Of a stretch of 64,000 nt of DNA, positions 28,061 to 38,108 are shown piece by piece. Below the pieces are notes generated by a model, which saw only the letters and a program-made list of their open reading frames with translations, searched no databases and was not told the origin of the DNA. Source of the DNA: an uncultured Candidatus Binatia bacterium (GTDB lineage Bacteria > Desulfobacterota > Binatia > UBA9968 > JAJDTQ01); assembly GCA_965214905.1 (NCBI GenBank), contig OZ243984.1, forward strand, positions 3,504,628-3,568,627, written 5' to 3'. Position 1 is the stretch's first letter. Each line of letters starts with the position of its first letter. Position numbers and translations under genes: made by a program.

Positions 28061-28427
28061 GGCCTGCCCTTTCTCTCGAATTCGACAGAGGACACTAACA
28101 ACTTTGGCAGGCCGGGTCCACATTGACTCGCCGGCGGCATTGTGTGAGGTTCGCGTTCATGGTCATGTTCGCGGCTTGGGTGCTGTTCGCCTGGGGCGCC
28201 CTGGCGGCCGGGTACGGCGCCTACGCGGCGGCGGCGGCGGCGGCTTCTCAGAGCACCTATCACGCGACGCAGGCGGGGGCCGCGTTGCTGATCGCCACCG
28301 TGTCCGTCAGCGCCGGCTTTCTCGTGTTGGTGGTCGGTCGTATCGGACGCGTTCTGCGGCCTCCGGCGGGCGTGGCGGAGGAAGAAAGCGGCGAACGCCG
28401 CACCCCGTAAATACCTGCGCCTGGCTC

Positions 28428-29492
28428 CTAGATCCCGCGCATCGCGGGCAGGGCGTCCTCGGCGAAGCGCTGCATGGATTCCTTGATGTGGTCATGGGAA
28501 ACGCTGCCGATGTTCATCCATGCCAGCACGTGCCCCGCTCCGGTCTCACGGGCCAGATCCGCTACTCTGTCCACCACCTGAGCCGCCGTGCCGATGGCGG
28601 CGAACTCGCTGCGTACCCGATCGAAGGTGAGGCCGCCCGCCGCCGCGTTCCGGCGTAGCCGTTCGGGCAGCGGACGTCCCTGGGCCGTGAGCCATTGGGC
28701 GTAGCTTCCCCGGGTTTCCCGAATCACGTCGTAGTAGCTCATGACGCCGGCCTCGGATCTGGCTTCGGCCTCCGCAGTGGCGCCGCCCACGTGCATGGGC
28801 AGCAGCAGGCCGAGCTCGTGTGCTTCCGGGTCGTGGCCGTGGTCCGCCAGGGCCTGCCGGTAGGTGGTCGAGAATTCGCGCAGCTCTTCCGCCGTCCGCA
28901 CGTGCACGGGGATGAAAAGGTCGAGTCCCATGCGCGCGGCGAAGTTCACCCCGTCGAGGGAACTCGCGGCGGTGTAGATGGGCGGATGCGGCTGTTGCAC
29001 GGGCTTGGGGTTGGCGACGATGCCGGGGATTCGGAAAAACCGCCCCTGGTAGTCCACGGCCTCCTCGGTCCACGCCAGCCGGATGACCTCGATGCTCTCC
29101 GCCATGATGTCCCGCACGTGCTCGTGCTCCACGCCGAAGCATTCGTAGGCCCGGGTGTGGGGATGCCCGCCGCCGGCGGCGAAGCACATCCTTCCGTTGC
29201 TCAGCACGTCCAGGGTGGCGGCGTTCTCGGCCAGTTGCATGGGGTGGTGCACGGGCAGCGTGTTGACCGCGACCCCGAGGCGCAGGTTGCGGGTGCGCTG
29301 GGTGGCGGCCCCCAGCACCACGTAGGGGGCGGACAAGAGCGAGAAGCCGGGAGTGAAGTGGATTTCGGCGATCCAGTAGCCGTCGTAGCCGAGGTTGTCG
29401 GCCAACTCGGCCTGTTCGAGAAACTGCTGCAGCAACTCGGCGGGGACGCTTCCCGGCGGGCACTGTATCTCGGTAAAAAGGCTGACCTTCAT
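28428..29492 (-). CDS. LLM-class flavin-dependent oxidoreductase (luciferase-like monooxygenase)
   Basis: MKVSLFTEIQCPPG... TIM-barrel LLM pattern and about 355 aa. Confidence 0.8.
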   Translation of the reverse strand: MKVSLFTEIQCPPGSVPAELLQQFLEQAELADNLGYDGYWIAEIHFTPGFSLLSAPYVVLGAATQRTRNLRLGVAVNTLPVHHPMQLAENAATLDVLSNGRMCFAAGGGHPHTRAYECFGVEHEHVRDIMAESIEVIRLAWTEEAVDYQGRFFRIPGIVANPKPVQQPHPPIYTAASSLDGVNFAARMGLDLFIPVHVRTAEELREFSTTYRQALADHGHDPEAHELGLLLPMHVGGATAEAEARSEAGVMSYYDVIRETRGSYAQWLTAQGRPLPERLRRNAAAGGLTFDRVRSEFAAIGTAAQVVDRVADLARETGAGHVLAWMNIGSVSHDHIKESMQRFAEDALPAMRGI

Positions 29493-29578
29493 CGCTGGAT
29501 TCTCCATCGAGCGGCCGGTGGTGGACGGCGCGCTCACCGGATTCTATACCGAAAAGGCCTTTGGAAACAAAATCGTCC

Positions 29579-30793
29579 ATGGAATCAATGCTTCGCCGGC
29601 TGTTCGCCGGCCTGCGCCACAGGAACTACCGGTTTTACTGGCTGGGGCAGCTCTCTTCGGTGCTGGCGCTCAACATGGAGTTGGCGGCCCAAGCCTGGCT
29701 GGTGTTCCTGCTGACGGATTCGCCCCTGATGCTGGGGGTGGCCGGGGTCGCCTACGCCGTCCCGCGGGTGTCTCTGGTGCTCGTGGGCGGCGCCATCGCG
29801 GACCGGGCCGACAAGCGGCGCATCATGGTGCTGACCCAGTCGCTGCTGGCCCTGGCCTACCTGGTGCTCGGCACGCTGGTGCTGATCGAGCGCATCGCGT
29901 TCTGGCACGTGCTCGTGTTCGCGTTCAACTCGGGTTTCCTGCGGGCCTTCGACCGGCCGAGCCGCTACGCGCTGTTACCCGAAATGGTGCCGCGCGAGGA
30001 ACTGGCCAACGCGGTGGCGCTGGGAAGCTCGGTGTGGCAGGCGTGCCGCCTCGTGGGCCCGGGGGTCGCCGGGGTCCTGATCTACTGGGTCGGCGTCGGC
30101 TACACGTTCGTGGCCTGTTTCGTGAGCTCGGCAGCCGCGGTGGCGTTGTGGGCGTTCATCCGGACCCGTCCCATCGTCACCCGGGACCGGGGCGGGGTGT
30201 GGCGCAACATCGTCGCCGGGCTCGACTTCGTTCGCCGGAACCGGCTCTTCTACAGTCTGTTGGGGCTCACGTTCTTCAACAGCCTCTTCGGCATGTCCTT
30301 CGTGATTCTGATGCCGGTCTTCGCCCGTGACATCCTGCGGGTGGACTCCCGCGGCTTCGGGCTGCTCCAGTCGGTCTCCGGCATAGGGGCGCTGCTGGGC
30401 ACGTTGACGGTGGCCTACCTTGCCCAGGCCGGGCGCAGGGGGTGGCAGGTGCTGGCGGGGTCGGCGGCCTTCGGCACATTGCTGATCGTGTTCGCGTACT
30501 CGTCTTCGTTTGCGTTGTCGCTCGGACTGATCTTTTTTCTCGGGCTCTTCAACCAGATCTACCTGACCTCCATCAACACGATCCTCCAACTGAACCTTCC
30601 CTACGACCTGCGCGGCCGGGTGCTGGGTCTGTTCGGCCTCACCTGGGACCTCATGCCCCTGGGCGGCGCGATTGCGGGCGCCGTGGCCGAGTACGCCGGC
30701 GCCCCCGCGGCGGTGGCCCTGGGCGGATTCCTGGTGGCGTTGATGGCCTTCTACGGTATGGCGCGGTTGCCGACGGTGCGGGAGATCGAATAG
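29579..30793 (+). CDS. MFS transporter
   Basis: 12 predicted TM segments and the MFS motif ...GGAIADRADKRRIMV. The start is uncertain (29561 TTG, 29579 ATG or 29588 ATG). Confidence 0.8.
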   Translation: MESMLRRLFAGLRHRNYRFYWLGQLSSVLALNMELAAQAWLVFLLTDSPLMLGVAGVAYAVPRVSLVLVGGAIADRADKRRIMVLTQSLLALAYLVLGTLVLIERIAFWHVLVFAFNSGFLRAFDRPSRYALLPEMVPREELANAVALGSSVWQACRLVGPGVAGVLIYWVGVGYTFVACFVSSAAAVALWAFIRTRPIVTRDRGGVWRNIVAGLDFVRRNRLFYSLLGLTFFNSLFGMSFVILMPVFARDILRVDSRGFGLLQSVSGIGALLGTLTVAYLAQAGRRGWQVLAGSAAFGTLLIVFAYSSSFALSLGLIFFLGLFNQIYLTSINTILQLNLPYDLRGRVLGLFGLTWDLMPLGGAIAGAVAEYAGAPAAVALGGFLVALMAFYGMARLPTVREIE

Positions 30794-30942
30794 TCGGGCG
30801 AAAGGAGACGGTGCCTTTACATGCGAGTGCCCGTGATTGGATTATTTCCAGGCGCGACCAACCCGGCCGATTGATTCGGCTCCGTCCGCATTGTAGATTT
30901 GTTCTTGAGGGCTGATATTCGCGAGAGGAAGGGAACAGGTCC

Positions 30943-31845
30943 ATGAAACGCGTTTTTCTTTTTCTGATCACCAACCTTGCGATCCTTTTTGTGCTCGCCG
31001 TCGCGCTCCGTGTCCTGGGTCTTGAATGGTTGCTTTTTCAATACGGCATCGACTTTTGGCCGCTGTTGGCCTTCTCCTTCATCTTCGGCATGGGCGGCGC
31101 CTTCATCTCCCTGGCCATCTCCAAGTGGACGGCCAAGCGATGGATGGGGTTGACGATCATCGAGCAGCCCCGGAACCACACCGAAAGCTGGCTTCTCAAC
31201 ACCGTGCAGGTGCACGCCCAGGCTGCGGGCATCGCCATGCCCGAGGTGGCGATCTACGATTCCCCCGAGCCCAACGCCTTTGCCACCGGTCCGAGTCGCA
31301 ACAACTCGCTGGTAGCGGTCAGCACCGGGTTGCTGCGAGCCATGAATGCCGACCAGGCCTCGGCCGTACTGGGCCACGAAGTGAGCCACGTGGCCAACGG
31401 CGACATGGTGACGCTGACCCTGATCCAGGGCGTTCTCAACACCTTCGTGATCTTCCTCTCCCGGGTAATCGGATACGTCGTGGACCGCGCGCTCCACAGG
31501 GACGGCGAAGGCGGCTACGGCATCGGTTACTTCGTCACGGTGATCGTGGCGCAGATCCTCCTGGGCATCCTGGCCAGCATCATCGTCTCCTGGTTTTCGC
31601 GCCGGCGCGAGTACCGGGCCGATGCCGGCGGCGCGCGGCTGGCGGGCACAGCCAACATGATCGGCGCCCTGCAGGCGCTCCAGCGCAGCGTGGAGCCCGA
31701 GCACATGCCGGAACAGCTCGCGGCAATGGGCATCTCCGGCGTCCGCAAGGGCGGTCTGCGGATGCTCTTTGCCAGCCACCCCCCCATGGAGGACCGGATC
31801 GCCGCGCTCCGAGAGGGCCGCCACTTCGCGGGCGTCGGATCGTAG
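30943..31845 (+). CDS. htpX: Protease HtpX (M48 family zinc metalloprotease)
   Basis: HEVSHVANGD zinc-binding motif, four TM segments and a C-terminal ...LFASHPPMEDRIAAL. Confidence 0.9.
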   Translation: MKRVFLFLITNLAILFVLAVALRVLGLEWLLFQYGIDFWPLLAFSFIFGMGGAFISLAISKWTAKRWMGLTIIEQPRNHTESWLLNTVQVHAQAAGIAMPEVAIYDSPEPNAFATGPSRNNSLVAVSTGLLRAMNADQASAVLGHEVSHVANGDMVTLTLIQGVLNTFVIFLSRVIGYVVDRALHRDGEGGYGIGYFVTVIVAQILLGILASIIVSWFSRRREYRADAGGARLAGTANMIGALQALQRSVEPEHMPEQLAAMGISGVRKGGLRMLFASHPPMEDRIAALREGRHFAGVGS

Positions 31846-31874
31846 CGCCCGGATGCGCCCGTCCCTCCACCGGT

Positions 31875-32027
31875 CATTCCCGCGAAAGCGGGAATCCAGG
31901 AGGGGAGGGGCATCCCTGCGCCGCGGTCCCGGGCATAATCGGCACCAGCGCCGCCATGCAGCAGGTGGGGCATCCCTGCGGCGCGGTCCCGCCGCCAGCT
32001 CCGAATTCCCGCTGTTCGCGGGACGCC
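31875..32027. repeat. Intergenic repeat cluster downstream of htpX. It contains a GNRA-loop hairpin (TTCCCGCGAAAGCGGGAA), two direct copies of GGGGCATCCCTGCG(C/G)CGCGGTCCCG spaced 60 bp apart, and a second TTCCCGC...GCGGGA hairpin.
   Basis: Seen directly at 31875-31897, 31907-31931, 31967-31991 and about 32003-32027. Confidence 0.6.
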
Positions 32028-32115
32028 GCATCGTGAAGTCTCGACCCACCGCGCTTGCCGCGGTGGTGGAATCGGGATACATCCCCACTTGAGCCTCAAG
32101 GCGAAAGGGGGCGCG

Positions 32116-33195
32116 ATGGCGATTTTCTCGGGGGAGTTCGGACTCCAGTTCGTGCTGCAGGCGGCTTCCTACTACACGACGCGGGAGTTGGTGGAGCTGG
32201 CCGAGCTCGGAGCTGAGAGGGGTTTCAGGCAGGTCTGGCTCAGCGATTCGCTGCGTTACCGCCAAGTGCTGAGCGTCGCAACCGCCATCGCCGCCCGCGC
32301 TCCTTTGAAGGTCGGCACCGCGATCCTGGTGCCTTATTTCCGTAACCCCATCGACGTGGCGGACGCCGTTCTGGCCATCTCGGAGCTCACTGACGGGCGT
32401 GAGATCAGCCTCGGCGTCGCCAAGGGCAGCAAGGGGCAGGTGCCGCAATACCTGGAGATGGCGAAACCGTTCCGTGTGGTCCGGGAGACGGTGGGTTTTC
32501 TCGGCACGCTGTTCCGCGGAGAGCGGGTGCGATTCGACCAATATCCCACCCTGTGCGAGTACTTCCACATGAATCCCCGGGGCCACATCGAGTTGGTGCG
32601 CCCGCCTGCGGCGCCGGTGCGGTTCTACGGCGGCGGCGTGGGGCCCCGATTCCTGGCCATTGCCGGCGAGACCATGGACGGCGTCCTCATGGGCGGCTAC
32701 TTCATCTCCATGCACAAGCTCGGCCGGCTGGAACGGGCCATGGCGGGCGCGGACAGCGCCGCCCGGGCGGTGGACCCCGACAAGACGCTGCGGAAGGTCT
32801 GCGAGATCAACCTCGCGGTATCGGAGGAGCCGGAGGCGGCGCTGGCCGAGGCCAGGAAGTACTCCGCCCACCACATGGTGAGCCTCCAGGCCCTGGGTTA
32901 CAGTCCCGAGGAGTTCGAGCGCATCGGCATCGACTACGAGCAGGTCAACCGCATCCGGGAGGCGCTTCACTCGGGAACGACCATCGAGCAGGCCGCGCGC
33001 GAGTTGGTGACCGACGCCATGCCGCGCGCCTGCTTCGTCTCGGGGACCCCGTCGGACTGCGTGGAACCGATCCTGGAGCTGGCGGCCGAGGCCGAGCGGC
33101 TGGGATTCCACCAGATCTCCTTTGCCAAGCTTGGCCGGGACTACGCTTCGGTGATCCGGTACCTGAGCGACGAGATCGTCCCGAGGCTGTCGTAG
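32116..33195 (+). CDS. LLM-class flavin-dependent oxidoreductase
   Basis: MAIFSGEFGLQ... with an AAGGGGG RBS, and a luciferase-like monooxygenase pattern. Confidence 0.8.
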   Translation: MAIFSGEFGLQFVLQAASYYTTRELVELAELGAERGFRQVWLSDSLRYRQVLSVATAIAARAPLKVGTAILVPYFRNPIDVADAVLAISELTDGREISLGVAKGSKGQVPQYLEMAKPFRVVRETVGFLGTLFRGERVRFDQYPTLCEYFHMNPRGHIELVRPPAAPVRFYGGGVGPRFLAIAGETMDGVLMGGYFISMHKLGRLERAMAGADSAARAVDPDKTLRKVCEINLAVSEEPEAALAEARKYSAHHMVSLQALGYSPEEFERIGIDYEQVNRIREALHSGTTIEQAARELVTDAMPRACFVSGTPSDCVEPILELAAEAERLGFHQISFAKLGRDYASVIRYLSDEIVPRLS

Positions 33196-33235
33196 CCTCA
33201 TGTCCGGTTGATTCAGGCAACCCGGTACCGTCCTC

Positions 33236-34522
33236 TTGAATGCATCAGCCGCCGATCCTGCCTCCGCTCGCACGGCCCGGCTCAACCGCGCCTATCCGTG
33301 GGTCGTATTAGGCATCTCGTTCATGACCGTAGCCGCAGCCTTCGGGTGCCGCGGGGCGTTCGCGCTCTTCTTCGTGGCGGTCATCGAAGAGTTTCACTGG
33401 AGCCGCGGGTTGTCCGCGGGCGCGCTGACCCTGGGCTCGGTGGCGTGGACCCTGTCCGCGCCGCTGTGGGGGCAGATGTTGGACCGCCTCGGGCCCCGGG
33501 TGGTGTTCCCCGTGGGCGCGGGCCTTATGGCCGCGGGCTTCATCGTCAGCGCCATGACCCGGCACGTCTGGCAGTACTATCTCGGAATGGGGCTTTTGGT
33601 GGGTCTCGGTTTCGCCGCGCTGCCGATGACCTCCCAGGCCACGGTCATCAGCAACTGGTTCGTCCGCAAGCGCGGCATGGCCATGGGCCTTGCGGCTGCG
33701 GGCATCGGCGCCGGCATCTTCCTGGTGGTGCCCGCCACCGAGATGCTGATCGTCGAGTTCGGCTGGCGCAACGCCTATCTGGTTTTGGCCGCGGTGATGC
33801 TTGCGGCGGTGGTCCCGCCTAACCTGTTCCTTCAACGCCGCCGCCCGCAGGATATGGGACTGCGGCCGGATTTCGGTGCCGCCGCCGTTGCCCCGAGCGC
33901 GGGTGCGGGTCGGGTACGGGCCGGCGGCGGGACTCTCGCCGAGGCCCTGTGCAGCTTCCGTTTCTGGACGCTGGCCCTGAGCTTCCTGCTGGGCGCGCTC
34001 CCCGTGCATATGGTGTTGGTGCACCAAGTGGCCGCCATGGTGGATGCGGGTTTTTCACGAGAGTTGGGAGCCTGGGTATTGAGCCTTACCGGGTTCTTCA
34101 CCATCTTCACCATGATCGGCATGGGGGCGCTATCGGACCGTGTCGGCCGGGAGTGGGCGTACACCATGGGAACCGTGGCCTTGGTGGCCGGCATTTTGTT
34201 CATTCTCTATCTCGACGGCACGTCGCGGTTTCTGCTGATCACCCTGTATCCGCCGCTTTTCGCCGTGGGTTTCGGGTCGCGCCAATCCCTCTATCCGACC
34301 GTTGCGGCCGATATATTCCATGGCGCCCATTTCGGTTCCATCATCGGCGTGCTGGCGGTTTGCATCGGTATCGGCGCGGGTGTGGGACCGTGGCTCGCGG
34401 GATACCTCTTTGACGTCTCGGGCAGCTACGCCAGCTCATGCTGGACCGCCATCGCCATGTGTGTGCTATCGTTGGGGTGTTTCTGGGCCACGGCGCCAAG
34501 CAAGGGGCCGAATTCCATGTAG
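33236..34522 (+). CDS. MFS transporter (OFA/oxalate-formate antiporter-like)
   Basis: ...NRAYPWVVLGISFMTVAAAFG... MFS_OFA-like N-terminus and 12 TM segments. TTG start. Confidence 0.75.
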   Translation: MNASAADPASARTARLNRAYPWVVLGISFMTVAAAFGCRGAFALFFVAVIEEFHWSRGLSAGALTLGSVAWTLSAPLWGQMLDRLGPRVVFPVGAGLMAAGFIVSAMTRHVWQYYLGMGLLVGLGFAALPMTSQATVISNWFVRKRGMAMGLAAAGIGAGIFLVVPATEMLIVEFGWRNAYLVLAAVMLAAVVPPNLFLQRRRPQDMGLRPDFGAAAVAPSAGAGRVRAGGGTLAEALCSFRFWTLALSFLLGALPVHMVLVHQVAAMVDAGFSRELGAWVLSLTGFFTIFTMIGMGALSDRVGREWAYTMGTVALVAGILFILYLDGTSRFLLITLYPPLFAVGFGSRQSLYPTVAADIFHGAHFGSIIGVLAVCIGIGAGVGPWLAGYLFDVSGSYASSCWTAIAMCVLSLGCFWATAPSKGPNSM

Positions 34523-34545
34523 GGCGGGTTTCAACCCGGACCGTG
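34520..34545. repeat. GGGCGGGTTTCAACCCGG hairpin repeat copy
   Basis: agggcgggtttcaacccggaccgtg; a member of the GGGTTTGAAACCC family. Confidence 0.5.
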
Positions 34546-34652
34546 TGGAATTCGCCTTGGCCGGGCCACTGCCTGGCTCGGACAGGCGCAAGAAAAGACG
34601 AACACACAAAACCGGACGAACACGTGAAACCTTTTGCATACCTGGAGCAGCC

Positions 34653-35657
34653 ATGGCCAAGACGCTGATCATCGACGCGCATCACCACTGGATGCCCGAA
34701 GAACACTACCGGAACCCGGATCCGCTCATCAGGTCCGGCGAGACGGTGGTGCGGCAGCCGGACCGGTTCGCCATCCGCCGGGAAGGAGTGCAGCTCTTCG
34801 GACCGCCCGCCATGACCGCGGACATGGCCGCGCAGGTGGCCGAGATGGACCGGGTCGGCGTCCAACGGGCAGTGCTCCATGTGGGCTGCTGGCTGGACTG
34901 GATCGACGTTCCCGCGGCGCGCTTCATCAACGACGAGATGGCCAGGGTCGTGGAACGCTTTCCCGGCCGCATTATCCCACTGGCGCACGTGCCGGCGCTG
35001 GAGGCCGGGGGCCGGCGGGAGCTCAAGCGCGCGGTGCAGAAACTCGGCTTCCGCGGCGTCGGCATCAACACGCATATCCGCGGCGCGCTGCTGGACGACA
35101 AGCGCTACCACCCGTTCTACCGGCTGGCGTCGGACCTGGAGCTTCCCATTTTCGTGCACCCTTCCTCGGAGCTCCCGCTGGCGCATCCCCACGGCATGGA
35201 GCCGTTCAACCTCACCCGTAACCTCGGGCGCGCCATGGACAACACCATCAACATCGTGCGCCTGATGCTGAGCGGCACGCTGGAGAAATTCCCCAGGCTG
35301 CGCTTCGTCTTCACCCATCTGGGCGGCGCCTGGTTCGCGCTCCGGAACCGCCTCAACCCGTCGTTCTGGGACAAGCGCGAACAAGGCTACTTCGACAAGT
35401 TCCGGGAGCGGATCTTCATCGACACCGCGCCTCCTTTCTGGGGGCCGGGCGAGATCCGCTTCGCCATGGACATGGTGGGCGAGGACCAGGTGCTCATGGG
35501 CAGCGACTTTCCCACCATCGACCGGCTCGGCGACGCGGTGGCCATCGTGAAGGCCACAAGGGCCGGCGCCGCCGCGAAGCGCAAACTGCTGGGCGGGAAC
35601 GTGGCCAGGCTGTTTCCGGCGAACACGTCTGTCGAGGGAGCTGCCGAGGGAGGGTGA
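34653..35657 (+). CDS. amidohydrolase family protein (amidohydrolase_2)
   Basis: MAKTLIIDAHHHWMPEEHY... and a C-terminal ...MGSDFP motif. Confidence 0.85.
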   Translation: MAKTLIIDAHHHWMPEEHYRNPDPLIRSGETVVRQPDRFAIRREGVQLFGPPAMTADMAAQVAEMDRVGVQRAVLHVGCWLDWIDVPAARFINDEMARVVERFPGRIIPLAHVPALEAGGRRELKRAVQKLGFRGVGINTHIRGALLDDKRYHPFYRLASDLELPIFVHPSSELPLAHPHGMEPFNLTRNLGRAMDNTINIVRLMLSGTLEKFPRLRFVFTHLGGAWFALRNRLNPSFWDKREQGYFDKFRERIFIDTAPPFWGPGEIRFAMDMVGEDQVLMGSDFPTIDRLGDAVAIVKATRAGAAAKRKLLGGNVARLFPANTSVEGAAEGG

Positions 35658-35669
35658 CGGGAGACTCCC

Positions 35670-36449
35670 ATGAAGGTCCTGATGTGCCCGCCGCTCCATT
35701 ACGCCCCGGACCCCGGAGAAGACCTCTCCGCGGTCATGGCCGAGTGGCGCGGACTCTACCGGCTCCTGCACGAGGAGCTGGACGTGCAGGTGGATCTGCT
35801 GGAGCCGAGGCCCGACCTGCCGAAGCTGGTGCTGGCGGCCAGTGGCGGCTTCGTCTGGGAGGACGCCTTCGTCTGGGAGGACGCCTTCATCGTGAGCCGC
35901 TTTCGCGATTCTTCAAGACGGCCCGAAGCCGAAGCGTGGGCCAATTTCTTTCTGGTGCGCGGCTACGCCATGCCGTCTCTGCCGGAAAGCTGCTGTTTCG
36001 AAGGCCAACGGGACCTCGTGGCGGTTGGCGGGACGCTGTTTGCCGGGCATCGCTCCGACGACGACTTGGCGGCTCACCGAGCCCTGTCGGCGATCCTCGG
36101 GCGCGAGATCCGCTCGCTCCGCCTGTCCAACGACTGGGACTTTCCCCTCGATTCCTGTCTGTGCCCGCTGGGTGAAGGCAGTGCGCTGTTCCATCCGAAC
36201 GCCTTCCACCCGGCCGCGCGCAAGGTGTTGGAGGACAACGTGGCGCTCCGTCCCATGGAGGAAGCCGACGCCCGGCGTTTCGGATGTAACGCTTTGGTGG
36301 CGGGCCCGCACGTAATCCTGCCGGAGGATTGCGGGGCTACCGCCCAGTGGCTGGAGGGGGAGGGCTTTCAGGCCCACGCGCTGCCGCTGGCGTCTTATGC
36401 CGGGCACGGCGCCGGGCCGAAGGCCCTGGTCCTGAAGATTGCGGACTGA
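35670..36449 (+). CDS. Amidinotransferase / DDAH-superfamily protein
   Basis: The MKVLMCPPLHYAPDP N-terminus is typical of the family. It contains an 18-bp tandem duplication (VWEDAF x2). Confidence 0.6.
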   Translation: MKVLMCPPLHYAPDPGEDLSAVMAEWRGLYRLLHEELDVQVDLLEPRPDLPKLVLAASGGFVWEDAFVWEDAFIVSRFRDSSRRPEAEAWANFFLVRGYAMPSLPESCCFEGQRDLVAVGGTLFAGHRSDDDLAAHRALSAILGREIRSLRLSNDWDFPLDSCLCPLGEGSALFHPNAFHPAARKVLEDNVALRPMEEADARRFGCNALVAGPHVILPEDCGATAQWLEGEGFQAHALPLASYAGHGAGPKALVLKIAD

Positions 36450-36579
36450 CGGTCTCGGACCGTACCAACCCGTTGATTCAAGATCCTTTTGATCAGGAGT
36501 TCCTGCGCCACGTGGCACGACCATGACGGGGACGGGTTTCCTTCTTCCCATGTCACATGCCTTATGTTACATCATACAA

Positions 36580-36819
36580 ATGGCGAGAGGACCTTCCGGT
36601 CGGATAGTCGTGGAAGTGGATCCAGATCTCAAAAGGGAGTTGTACGTCGCGCTGGCTTGTCACGGAATGACGTTGAAGGACTGGTTGGTTGGAGAAGCAC
36701 GGACACTGATAACAACGGGCCGTCAGTTGCCTCTGTTTGGCTCTGATGAAAGCCGGGCAATCCATGAGCCGGATCCTGTCAACCGCTCGGAAACGGGCGA
36801 TTCCGAGGAAGAAACATGA
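36580..36819 (+). CDS. Ribbon-helix-helix (CopG/Arc-like) DNA-binding protein. It is a putative regulator of the downstream methyltransferase operon.
   Basis: RIVVEVDPDLKRELYVALACHGMTLKDWLVGEARTLI has a beta-alpha-alpha pattern. Its stop overlaps the next ATG (ATGA). Confidence 0.5.
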   Translation: MARGPSGRIVVEVDPDLKRELYVALACHGMTLKDWLVGEARTLITTGRQLPLFGSDESRAIHEPDPVNRSETGDSEEET

Positions 36820-38108
36820 GACAACAAGTTCTGGTCGGGCTGGAAGACCGGAGAACATCCAACCGGGCGGACTCCTCGTCGAACGGTGCCGATTCCACGG
36901 TTCTCCGAGGTGGGCGAGCGGGCGGTCCTTCTTCGTTGGCCAAGGGGCCGTGTGTCGGGACGAGGACGAATGCTTTCGTGGCTTCTCCGCCTTTTCGGCA
37001 TTTGGCCAGGTTGAGTTATGGTGACGCAGATACCGGAAATTCGCTGATTCAAGGGGACAACGTTTCCGTATTGCGGTCGCTGCAAGAGAAGCTGGTCGGG
37101 AAGGTCCGGTGTGCTTATGTAGACCCTCCCTATAATAACCAGGAGCGGTATGGCCACTACAGGGATGCCCGGAGTCACAGCGAGTGGCTGACGGTGACGA
37201 CCACGCAGCTCAAGGCGATAAAACCTCTTTTGTCCCAGGATGGTTCCATCTGGATTTCCATCGACGACAGGGAATTGCACTACCTCAAAGTAGCGGCGGA
37301 CAAGGTCTTCGGGCGACAGAATTTCATCTCCACCATCGTATGGCAGCAGCGGACCACGAGAGAGAACCGTAAGGTTTTTTCGAACAATCACGAGTATCTT
37401 CTTGTATACGCCATCCATGCGGCTGCTTTTCGACAGAGCCGTAATTTGCTGGCGGCCGGCCCCGAGCTACTCTCCCGATACAGGAATCCGGACTCGGACC
37501 CGCGTGGCCCATGGCAGTCCATATCAGCGAATGTCCAGGGCGGCCATGGTACGGCGTCTCAGTACTACGATTTGATTGCGCCCAATGGAAGAGTCCACCG
37601 TCCTCCGAAAGGGCGATGTTGGATCTACACCTGGGAGAGAATGCAGAAGGAAATTGCCGCCAATAACATCTGGTTCGGTAAAGATGGCCATAGGGTTCCT
37701 CGAATCAAGCGATTCTTGAGTGCATCACCTGTCGGCCTTACTCCCGAGACCTTATGGAAGGCAGAGGATGTGGGTACCAACGACGATGCCAAAAAACAGC
37801 TTTTGCGGCTCTTTCCGAGCGAGCCGGTATTCGACACTCCCAAGCCCGAGACTCTGGTTGCCCGGATTCTCGAAATTGCGACAAACGAGGGAGACCTTGT
37901 CGTAGACGCATTTCTCGGCTCGGGAACTACCGCAGCGGTCGCACACAAGATGCAGAGACGGTATATCGGCGTCGAGGCAGGTCCGCATGCCGTTACCCAC
38001 TGTGCGCGTCGGCTGCAGATGGTTGTTGAGGGGGAGCACACCGGCATTTCTTCTGCCGTCGGTTGGGCTGGCGGTGGCGGTTTCGACTTTTATGGAAGTA
38101 GCGGATGA
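36816..38108 (+). CDS. Site-specific DNA methyltransferase, beta-class N6A/N4C (PF01555-like)
   Basis: YVDPPYNN (motif IV) precedes DAFLGSGTTAAVAHKMQRRYIGVE (motif I), which gives the beta-class order. An N-terminal low-complexity extension of about 60 aa is present. Confidence 0.85.
   Translation: MRQQVLVGLEDRRTSNRADSSSNGADSTVLRGGRAGGPSSLAKGPCVGTRTNAFVASPPFRHLARLSYGDADTGNSLIQGDNVSVLRSLQEKLVGKVRCAYVDPPYNNQERYGHYRDARSHSEWLTVTTTQLKAIKPLLSQDGSIWISIDDRELHYLKVAADKVFGRQNFISTIVWQQRTTRENRKVFSNNHEYLLVYAIHAAAFRQSRNLLAAGPELLSRYRNPDSDPRGPWQSISANVQGGHGTASQYYDLIAPNGRVHRPPKGRCWIYTWERMQKEIAANNIWFGKDGHRVPRIKRFLSASPVGLTPETLWKAEDVGTNDDAKKQLLRLFPSEPVFDTPKPETLVARILEIATNEGDLVVDAFLGSGTTAAVAHKMQRRYIGVEAGPHAVTHCARRLQMVVEGEHTGISSAVGWAGGGGFDFYGSSG

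Noticed and set aside
28123-28410. 95-aa plus-strand ORF between the HyuB-like and LLM genes
   Set aside because: It is Ala-rich and low-complexity (AAAAAAAS). It has no RBS and sits in the divergent spacer of two minus-strand genes. It could be a small membrane peptide, but there is no support.
30817-33285. 822-aa ORF on the minus strand
   Set aside because: It is antisense to htpX and an LLM oxidoreductase, both with clear family signatures. Its composition is Arg/Gly/Pro-rich. This is a typical high-GC antisense artefact.
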